This document shows, one piece after another, positions 7,925-14,463 of a stretch of DNA of 64,000 bases. The translations under genes and the position numbers were made by a program. This DNA is from a virus (lineage: Duplodnaviria; Heunggongvirae; Uroviricota; Caudoviricetes). Positions within the stretch are counted from its first letter, which is position 1; every line of letters begins with the position of its first letter. Location of the stretch: positions 41,278 to 105,277 of IMG/VR virus record IMGVR_UViG_3300042905_002309; one strand, written 5' to 3'. The notes under the pieces are model-generated. The model did not search any database, had not been told where the DNA came from, and saw nothing but the letters and a program-made list of their open reading frames with translations.

Positions 7925-8278
7925 TCATACTGTTATAATCTCCTTACCACCTTTAATACCTTTACGTATAGTGTCCTCAGTTCCCCCTGTACGATCATCT
8001 GATACTACAGCCAATATCACATCAGCATCATCAGCTATTAACCCATTACGTTGGAAACCAGCACTCTTTCCATACTTTCGCCAATCAGCGTAATGTATTC
8101 TGATAGGAATGTCAAGATGTTTTGCAATAATTTCAGCAAATCTATCTCCACCTTGTGGACATCCTCCGCTACACAAAGAGTCTCCCCTGCGATAAATCTC
8201 TAAGAATTTATTCAAACAACGTTTGAAATCTTCTGGTGAGTTTTTACGTCTAGAACCGATTATGCCGATTACTTTCAA
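7925..8278 (-). CDS. SLOG-family (DprA/YpsA-like) protein
   Basis: IIGSR, SGGCPQGGD, AGFQRN, GGTEDT. Confidence 0.8.
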   Translation of the reverse strand: MKVIGIIGSRRKNSPEDFKRCLNKFLEIYRRGDSLCSGGCPQGGDRFAEIIAKHLDIPIRIHYADWRKYGKSAGFQRNGLIADDADVILAVVSDDRTGGTEDTIRKGIKGGKEIITV

Positions 8279-8568
8279 TCATACTCCTTAATAGAAACAC
8301 CGGGAGATTCCATTCCAGTAAATCGTGTATCACCTTCTGGTATACATACGGGACAAGCTTCGTCATGTGCATAATCTGGACAAATACAAACTGGTGGACG
8401 TTTATTCCAAACTTCAATAGCTTGTTCATCTGTAGTAAACCATACACCCGCACCCAAAGAACCACCACATTGTTTCTCGTCTATACAACTTACAAACTTC
8501 TCACCAAAACCACCAGTGAAGACTTGTGCTTCACCACCACAAAACGGACAAGGAAAAATTTTATTCAT
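8275..8568 (-). CDS. Lar-like restriction alleviation zinc-ribbon protein
   Basis: PCPFCGG...C...C...AIEVWNKR. Confidence 0.7.
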   Translation of the reverse strand: MNKIFPCPFCGGEAQVFTGGFGEKFVSCIDEKQCGGSLGAGVWFTTDEQAIEVWNKRPPVCICPDYAHDEACPVCIPEGDTRFTGMESPGVSIKEYD

Positions 8569-8598
8569 GTAAATATCATACCAGATTTATTAGGATTG

Positions 8599-9732
8599 TC
8601 AACCATTATAATAATCAGTTAACTCACCCTTATAATTCTCAATAACAACATTCACACCTTCTACACTTTTAATGTAGTTGTAAATAATAGGTATCTTTCC
8701 ACCACCAGCGGGTAAGTCTACAACTAATTGAGGTATAGCATATCCACTAATATTACCTCTAATGCTTTTAAAAATCTCAATACCCTTCTCAATAGTTGTT
8801 CTAAAATGACCTGAACCAGTTACCTTATCACAAATGTATGTATAATAAGGCTTTACACGTATTTTTAATAACCCTGTGAATAATTTTTTAAGGGTTTCAC
8901 TATCATCATTAACATCTTTCAATAATACTGTCTGACTTCCTAAAGGTATACCTGCATCAGCCAATCTATTACAAGCTTCTTGGGTTTCTGGTGTCAATTC
9001 ACTAGGATGTGTGAAATGTAGACTCATAAACAATGGATGATATTGTTTTAACATGTCAGTTAATTCTTTTGTAATACGTTGAGGTAATACAGCAGGAATT
9101 TTTGTACCAATTCGAATCATTTCAACATGAGGAATTTTACGTAAATTTGAAAGTATCCATTCTAAGGTTTCTGTTGGTAAAGTTAAAGGATCACCACCAG
9201 AAATTAACACATCTCGTATCTCTTTATGTTCTTCGATGTATTTAAGTGACTTCATCCATTGTTCTTTAGTATATGTTTTATCTTTACCAACCATACGTGA
9301 TCGTGTACAATACCTACAAATGGTGCTACAATAGTCTGTAACGAGAAATAATACTCTATCTGGATATCTGTGTACCAAACCATCTACAGGGCTTTGGTTG
9401 ATCTCATGAAGTGGATCATCTTGTTCACATTGTGAGATGATATGTTCCTCATCGGAAGGCATTACTGTTTTTCTTAGCTTATCACCCAATATGGATGCAT
9501 AATAAGGAGTAATACCCATAGGAAATTTGTAATTATTATCAGTAGTATCGATAATTCGGTTTCTTAATTGCCATCTCCAATCATTCCATTCAACATAAGG
9601 TACACTTGGATAGTTTTGCTCCATAAACCCATGTGTTATTGGGCCTATGGGCATACTACTCGGAGGCTTATCTGATTCTTCGGAACAACACTCAACAGCT
9701 TCAACCACATCGACGATTTTTTCATTTTGCAT
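8599..9732 (-). CDS. kamA: KamA-family radical SAM lysine 2,3-aminomutase
   Basis: WxWQL, HRYPDRVL, CxxxCxxC (CSTICRYC), SGGDPL, QTVLLK, GGGKIP PLP lysine. Confidence 0.9.
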   Translation of the reverse strand: MQNEKIVDVVEAVECCSEESDKPPSSMPIGPITHGFMEQNYPSVPYVEWNDWRWQLRNRIIDTTDNNYKFPMGITPYYASILGDKLRKTVMPSDEEHIISQCEQDDPLHEINQSPVDGLVHRYPDRVLFLVTDYCSTICRYCTRSRMVGKDKTYTKEQWMKSLKYIEEHKEIRDVLISGGDPLTLPTETLEWILSNLRKIPHVEMIRIGTKIPAVLPQRITKELTDMLKQYHPLFMSLHFTHPSELTPETQEACNRLADAGIPLGSQTVLLKDVNDDSETLKKLFTGLLKIRVKPYYTYICDKVTGSGHFRTTIEKGIEIFKSIRGNISGYAIPQLVVDLPAGGGKIPIIYNYIKSVEGVNVVIENYKGELTDYYNG

Positions 9733-9848
9733 ATATATAATATTTTTACTTCCCTTAAATGTATTTAGGTATATTAACCTAAAATTCTTGAACTTTTTTA
9801 ATGTATCATAAATAGATGAAAATTACAAGGTATTTGATAAATACTTAT

Positions 9849-10895
9849 ATGAATATTTTTCGTACTCTATATGAACAGATACTTTTTGAAGCACTTTGGG
9901 ACTCTGATGCAGTAAATACCGGAGATTCCCCATTCTTAGGGAATGTGTATCGTGTTTATGAGTTGGAATACAAGCTTCAAGCCCTAAAACGCTCACAATT
10001 AGGTATATCTAATCCTAAAAGATTGGAAAATATCACTAGACAAGTACAATTAGAACTTGGTTCTGCTGGTATGGCACTTAAACAAATTTTATTGAATACT
10101 TTTGCGCTTTGGTTACAACAACATGCTTTAACTAAACCTCAAATTTGGGCAGAAGGACGTTATAATACATTTACGGAATCTGGTGACGATGATCCAAATA
10201 CAATGATGGAAGGTATTGTTGGTGAATATAGTAGATATGCTACTGGTGGTAAAGTTGATAGATATGGTGTACGTGCGATGTTATCTGTTGACCAATTCTT
10301 TCCAATAATCGATAAAAATTTAAAAAATCTTCCATACACTAAATCCGTTCTTGATTCTGTTTATAAAATTTACATGCAAGAAGAATATGATAATGATCCA
10401 GAAGGTACTATGGAACGTTGGGGGATATCTACACCAGAAGAAGCTGATCAACATATTGAAACATCTACTTTAGATCAAGATGGACTTGAAGGTATGGTAT
10501 ATGACATGGAATCTTTAATGGGGATTATAGAACAACATGGAGAGTTATCAAAATTCTTCATTGAACTTTATGCGAAACTTGTTTTCCCTGTTTGGTTTGC
10601 ACATTGGAAGGCTCAAGGTATCGTGGAAACTCGTAAACGTGTTCAAAATGTTTATAATAATCTTAAAAAAGCTTCTCCAAAGGATTTGGGTAATCTAGTT
10701 GCATGGCTTAGTGCAGCTTTAAATACTGCTCATCAATCTGGTTCAATGTTAGATTTTGTTCCAGAAGATGATAACTTCTCTGTAAACATTGATGGCGCAG
10801 AAGATACCTATTATGCAAAAGATTTATTAGATGCTGTAACAGATGGTAAATTCAATGACCAATGGGATAAAGAATTAGCCGAAGCTGGTGTGTAA
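9849..10895 (+). CDS. Hypothetical protein, possibly virion-internal
   Basis: Long acidic ORF preceded by TAAATA; N-terminus FRTLYEQILFEA. Confidence 0.7.
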   Translation: MNIFRTLYEQILFEALWDSDAVNTGDSPFLGNVYRVYELEYKLQALKRSQLGISNPKRLENITRQVQLELGSAGMALKQILLNTFALWLQQHALTKPQIWAEGRYNTFTESGDDDPNTMMEGIVGEYSRYATGGKVDRYGVRAMLSVDQFFPIIDKNLKNLPYTKSVLDSVYKIYMQEEYDNDPEGTMERWGISTPEEADQHIETSTLDQDGLEGMVYDMESLMGIIEQHGELSKFFIELYAKLVFPVWFAHWKAQGIVETRKRVQNVYNNLKKASPKDLGNLVAWLSAALNTAHQSGSMLDFVPEDDNFSVNIDGAEDTYYAKDLLDAVTDGKFNDQWDKELAEAGV

Positions 10896-10934
10896 AATAC
10901 TGAATATTTGAAAAGTGTTTAGTTATTCGATCAT

Positions 10935-11073
10935 TGCTTTCTGAGATAGGATTCGAACCTACATTTTGTTTCCGCACCCAATGACAGGCGGCATGTGTTA
11001 ATCCACACACAGCAGAGTTACCCGTAGTGTAAACGGGAGTTACCGCAGGGTAAGCCAGTTCCCCCACTCATTA
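10935..11073 (-). ncRNA. tRNA-like RNA with multibranch insertion replacing the anticodon/variable arms
   Basis: D-arm GGGGGAACTGGCTTACCC and T-arm GTAGG-TTCGAAT-CCTAT flank about three hairpins; only a 4-bp acceptor. Confidence 0.55.
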
Positions 11074-11081
11074 ACTAAAAT

Positions 11082-11157
11082 TGGTGCGCCTAGAGGGACT
11101 TGAACCCCCAAAACTCAGCTTCTTAGACTGATATGTATGCCATTCCATCATAAGCGC
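11082..11157 (-). tRNA. tRNA-Leu(AAG), short variable arm
   Basis: TCAGT-CTAAGAA-GCTGA, A73, 76 nt. Confidence 0.85.
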
Positions 11158-11326
11158 ATAAAACGAATTCTAAAATAATATGGAGTCTGCACCACCACTA
11201 AGACCAAGTTAGTCTATTTTCGGTGTACTATTCGCAACCTTTTGTGAACCGTGTCGTCAATGTTCTTCAACATCCCGTAGTACGTTTCTTCCACGCTTAA
11301 ATAACTTCGCTAACTATTTTAGAAAT

Positions 11327-11402
11327 TGGTGCTAGTGGTGGGACTTGAACCCACAAACAACAGATTTTAAGTCTGCCCGATAAGCCGTTCTCGTACACTA
11401 GC
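11327..11402 (-). tRNA. tRNA-Leu(TAA), short variable arm
   Basis: GCAGA-CTTAAAA-TCTGT. Confidence 0.9.
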
Positions 11403-11408
11403 GTAAAT

Positions 11409-11484
11409 TGGTGCATCTGGTGGGATTCGAACCCACAAAACCTAGATTCTAAGTCTAGTACATAAGCCGTTCTGTTACAGATGC
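11409..11484 (-). tRNA. tRNA-Leu(TAG), short variable arm
   Basis: CTAGA-CTTAGAA-TCTAG. Confidence 0.9.
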
Positions 11485-11490
11485 GTTAAA

Positions 11491-11566
11491 TGGTGCAAGT
11501 GAAGGGATTCGAACCCTTAAACAACAGTTTTTGAAACTGCCCGATAAGCCTTTCTCGTACACTTGC
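11491..11566 (-). tRNA. tRNA-Leu(CAA), short variable arm
   Basis: GCAGT-TTCAAAA-ACTGT. Confidence 0.9.
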
Positions 11567-11573
11567 ATAAAAT

Positions 11574-11650
11574 TGGTTCCCCCATCATGATTCGAACATG
11601 ATCTAAGATGGTCAAAGCATCTTGTGCATAAGCCATTACACTATAGGGGA
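11574..11650 (-). tRNA. tRNA-Gln(TTG)
   Basis: U1:A72, AGATG-CTTTGAC-CATCT. Confidence 0.9.
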
Positions 11651-11660
11651 ATGTTAAAAT

Positions 11661-11734
11661 TGGTTGTCCTACCTTGAATCGAACAAGGTTAAATAGATTC
11701 AGAGTCTACTGTACAGCCATTATACCATATGACA
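11661..11734 (-). tRNA. tRNA-Gln(CTG)
   Basis: GTAGA-CTCTGAA-TCTAT. Confidence 0.85.
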
Positions 11735-11742
11735 GATAAAAT

Positions 11743-11816
11743 TGGAGCCTGTTAAGGGAATTAAACCCTTACCCACTGATTACGAAACAGTGATACTATC
11801 GTTGTACTAAACAGGC
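11743..11816 (-). tRNA. tRNA-Thr(CGT)
   Basis: ACTG(T)-TTCGTAA-(T)CAGT, CCA. Confidence 0.8.
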
Positions 11817-11824
11817 AATTAAAA

Positions 11825-11918
11825 TGGAGCCAACGGTGGGATTTGAACCCACATCATCACTTTTACATGACTTAACCCGATTACAAATCGGGGCCATAGC
11901 CGTTCTGGACACGTTGGC
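11825..11918 (-). tRNA. tRNA-Thr(TGT) with long variable arm
   Basis: CCCGA-TTTGTAA-TCGGG; V-arm GTCAT-GTAAAA-GTGAT. Confidence 0.85.
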
Positions 11919-11925
11919 AAGTAAA

Positions 11926-12001
11926 TGGAGCACCCGACAGGCATCAAACCTGCAACCTTGTCCTTACAAAAGACTTGCTCTATCAATTGAGCTACAGGTG
12001 C
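11926..12001 (-). tRNA. tRNA-Thr(TGT), second copy
   Basis: GTCT-TTTGTAA-GGAC, CCA. Confidence 0.8.
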
Positions 12002-12007
12002 GAAAAT

Positions 12008-12081
12008 TGGCAGGAACACAGGGATTCGCACCCTGACCAAAAGTTTTGGAGACTATTGTGCAACTTTAACACTTTGTTCCT
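12008..12081 (-). tRNA. tRNA-Trp(CCA)
   Basis: Loop CTCCAAA, G73, CCA. Confidence 0.8.
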
Positions 12082-12088
12082 ATAAAAT

Positions 12089-12182
12089 TGGAGGAAGGTG
12101 GGAGAATTGAACTCCCGCCACCTTTTAAGGGGTGGAACAATTTAGCAAATTGTCTCGACAAACCGACATTCGACTACCTTCC
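12089..12182 (-). tRNA. tRNA-Ser(GCT)
   Basis: ACAAT-TTGCTAA-ATTGT, long V-arm. Confidence 0.9.
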
Positions 12183-12187
12183 AAAAT

Positions 12188-12285
12188 TGGCTGACTCGGC
12201 TCGACTTGAACGAGCACACACATCCCGTTAAGAATGTCATGGATGGTTTAACAGACCATTGCCTTACCATTAGGCCAACGAGTCA
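12188..12285 (-). tRNA. tRNA-Asn(GTT) with long variable arm
   Basis: ATGGT-CTGTTAA-ACCAT; V-arm ACATTCT-TAAC-GGGATGT; U1:A72, G73. Confidence 0.85.
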
Positions 12286-12361
12286 AACTTAAATTGTTTC
12301 TTGATATCGTGTCAAGGACGCTTGATTTGCACAAGGGGTTACGTTTACCCAATATTCAAAA

Positions 12362-12448
12362 TGGCTCCAGAGGTAGGACTTGAACCTACACGCCCATTAC
12401 AGGCATCAGATTAACAGTCTGACATGGCTACAATTACATCACTCTGGA
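12362..12448 (-). tRNA. tRNA-Asn(GTT), second copy with long variable arm
   Basis: TCAGA-CTGTTAA-TCTGA; V-arm GCCTG-TAA-TGGGC. Confidence 0.85.
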
Positions 12449-12457
12449 AACGAAAAA

Positions 12458-12552
12458 CAAGTTGGCTTTCTACTTTTTATTTAGCGTCTAAAAATCGAAA
12501 AAGACTGATTATGGACTCTCGCCCACGTTTTATTGTTTGCTGTAACCAACTT
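12458..12552 (-). ncRNA. CAGCAA-stem small RNA copy A
   Basis: AAGTTGGTT-ACAGCAAAC...TAAAAAGTAGAA-AGCCAACTT-G. Confidence 0.75.
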
Positions 12553-12561
12553 AAAATAAAA

Positions 12562-12670
12562 CAGATTGTGTTTTCTACTTTTTAGAGAACGTCGAAACTC
12601 CCATCTTTTTGATTTATGTGATCGTCTGGTGGATCACTAACGTATTGTTGTTTTTTGCTGTACACAATCT
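12562..12670 (-). ncRNA. CAGCAA-stem small RNA copy B
   Basis: AGATTGTGT-ACAGCAAAAAAC...TAAAAAGTAGAAA-ACACAATCT-G. Confidence 0.75.
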
Positions 12671-12674
12671 AAAA

Positions 12675-12752
12675 TGGCTAACCCTGCTGGACTCGCACCA
12701 GCAAAAATTGACTAACGTTAATTGTCAACTTTCGGCTACTAGCTAAAGGTTA
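12675..12752 (-). pseudogene. tRNA-like RNA with 11-nt anticodon loop (possibly Asn-derived)
   Basis: TAACCTT/AGGGTTA-G-CCA, T-arm GCTGG-TGCGAGT-CCAGC, TTGAC-AATTAACGTTA-GTCAA. Confidence 0.6.
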
Positions 12753-12759
12753 ATGAAAA

Positions 12760-12856
12760 TGGAGGAAGCGGTGGGATTCCAACCCACGGAGGATAGTTTG
12801 AGCTACCCCCTTCCGTTTTCAAGACGGACGCAATAAAGACGCTCTGCCACGCTTCC
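12760..12856 (-). tRNA. tRNA-Ser(TGA)
   Basis: TCCGT-CTTGAAA-ACGGA, long V-arm. Confidence 0.9.
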
Positions 12857-12866
12857 ATAAAATAAA

Positions 12867-13032
12867 CAGGTTGATTTTCCTACTTTTTACACAGAAAATC
12901 GAAACTGTCACAAGTTTTACATCAGTAGATCACGATGTCAGGTTTTTATTTATGTGTCGCCTAGATAAAGACACTATGCCCGAAGGCATTTATTTACTAT
13001 TTAGTTTATTGTTTGTTTGCTGCAATCAACCT
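12867..13032 (-). ncRNA. CAGCAA-stem small RNA copy C (longest)
   Basis: AGGTTGATT-GCAGCAAAC...TAAAAAGTAGGAA-AATCAACCT-G. Confidence 0.75.
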
Positions 13033-13037
13033 AAAAT

Positions 13038-13113
13038 TGGGGCGATATACGAGACTTAAACTCGCTCTAAAACATTCACAGTGTTTCGTGCTAATCATTA
13101 CACTAATATCGCC
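13038..13113 (-). tRNA. tRNA-His(GTG)
   Basis: G-1:C73, AAACA-CTGTGAA-TGTTT. Confidence 0.9.
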
Positions 13114-13312
13114 ATTGTGGGACTTCATACCACGTTTGGGCCAAGCTAGAGGCTTATAGTGTGGGTTTGTCGTCCCTAAAATCTTTATAACTTGCCAGAT
13201 ATGGCGCATTAATGGCTATTATGGCACATTAATCGTCGTATTTGGCGCATTACTACTTTTCAAATATTCAGTTTTCAAAAATCGTGTTGTGCTTTCGCAA
13301 TCAACTTCTAAT

Positions 13313-13340
13313 ACTTTATCACAACTTCAAAAAATGTCAA
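13313..13340 (-). promoter_or_regulatory. Sigma70-type promoter for tRNA array 2
   Basis: TTGACA-16 nt (TG)-TAAAGT. Confidence 0.7.
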
Positions 13341-13350
13341 CCCATAAAAC

Positions 13351-13383
13351 AAAAAACCCTAATCTTTTTTTAAGATCAGGGTT
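13351..13383 (-). terminator. Intrinsic terminator / attenuator upstream of tRNA array 2
   Basis: AACCCTGATCTT...AAGATTAGGGTT followed by a T run. Confidence 0.8.
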
Positions 13384-13408
13384 ATAGTTGACAATATAAT
13401 ACCTGACC

Positions 13409-13465
13409 TTATCTCTTATGTAAGAGATTAGACCATGTTGTACTATTTTGCAATGACGTTTTCAT
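13409..13465 (-). CDS. Putative 18-aa leader peptide MKTSLQNSTTWSNLLHKR
   Basis: Follows TAAATA; stop codon abuts a strand complementary to the terminator 5' arm. Confidence 0.45.
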   Translation of the reverse strand: MKTSLQNSTTWSNLLHKR

Positions 13466-13510
13466 ATTGTTATAATTATTTAGTATATCCATTCAACTTT
13501 TCAATAAAAT

Positions 13511-13819
13511 TTATGAGAAATATTTAGTTACATCAAATTCTTTTAATGTTTTTGGTGGAACACCAGCTTGTTCCAACTTTAAAACTACACTTTTAGCTTG
13601 TTTAATATACGGTTTAACATTATGAGAAAGTCGTTGTAAAATTTCAATTTTATTTTTAACATCATTTTCGATATTATCAATATTCTTTAAAACTGTTGTA
13701 CCATCACTACCTAACATTTGATTACCATCTAACCATGTTGTCAAGAAATATCTATATGTGCCAGTAATCTCTTCACAAATTAAACCCATTTTTTCGTAAT
13801 CTTTATCATCAAATCTCAT
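13511..13819 (-). CDS. Hypothetical protein
   Basis: ORF with AGGTG RBS. Confidence 0.65.
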   Translation of the reverse strand: MRFDDKDYEKMGLICEEITGTYRYFLTTWLDGNQMLGSDGTTVLKNIDNIENDVKNKIEILQRLSHNVKPYIKQAKSVVLKLEQAGVPPKTLKEFDVTKYFS

Positions 13820-13854
13820 AATATCACCTAATTCCTTTTAAGTATTTAGTTGCA

Positions 13855-14160
13855 TTAAATCTCAATCTTGTTCAATTCACCAATCTTATTATTAAGATCG
13901 ATTAAAGTCAACTTAATTGTTTTTGATTTAGGTGCATCGACATTAACGCCTAAAACATATAAAATCTTTCTAATCACACCCATAATAGCGTTACATGCAT
14001 CGATAGTTTTACCGATATCTTCTGCATATTTGTTCTTACTGGCATCCAATTGTTCTCTAGTGTTTTTCAATACAATAACACTAGTACCCAACACATCGTA
14101 AATTTGCACAAGAGCATTCTTAATATTCCCCAACTTAAACATAGTTTTAAACCAATTCAT
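13855..14160 (-). CDS. Hypothetical helical protein
   Basis: ORF with AAGGA RBS. Confidence 0.65.
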   Translation of the reverse strand: MNWFKTMFKLGNIKNALVQIYDVLGTSVIVLKNTREQLDASKNKYAEDIGKTIDACNAIMGVIRKILYVLGVNVDAPKSKTIKLTLIDLNNKIGELNKIEI

Positions 14161-14183
14161 AATTTTATCCTTCTTTCTTATAA

Positions 14184-14462
14184 TTATTTATCACGTTTCT
14201 TGATATTTACAAGATAATCTTCTTCGGAAACATTAAAAAGGTCAGATTCAGAGATAGACCATCTGTAATTCTGTTCATTATGTATTACACCTCTGGTATC
14301 GGTATAAACACCAGCAGGTAAGCGATATGGGCTATCTCCCGATGTTAGTGGTATGTTGGTGTAGTCGGGTTTAGGTTGGGTCGTACAACCCGATATATTT
14401 AACATCATGATTAAACCAATACCAACCCAAATTGTTGCCAATACATGTTGAATATATTTCAT
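14184..14462 (-). CDS. Putative lipoprotein
   Basis: Hydrophobic signal ending in ISGC lipobox; GGAGG RBS. Confidence 0.6.
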   Translation of the reverse strand: MKYIQHVLATIWVGIGLIMMLNISGCTTQPKPDYTNIPLTSGDSPYRLPAGVYTDTRGVIHNEQNYRWSISESDLFNVSEEDYLVNIKKRDK

Positions 14463-14463
14463 A

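Noticed and set aside
20-13209. ORF-track entries overlapping the RNA arrays (20-205, 469-705, 561-746, 2090-2353, 10852-11067, 11819-12040, 11824-12036, 12871-13059, 13006-13209)
   Set aside because: They overlap clear tRNAs or structured RNAs and lack an RBS or family motifs; likely chance ORFs.
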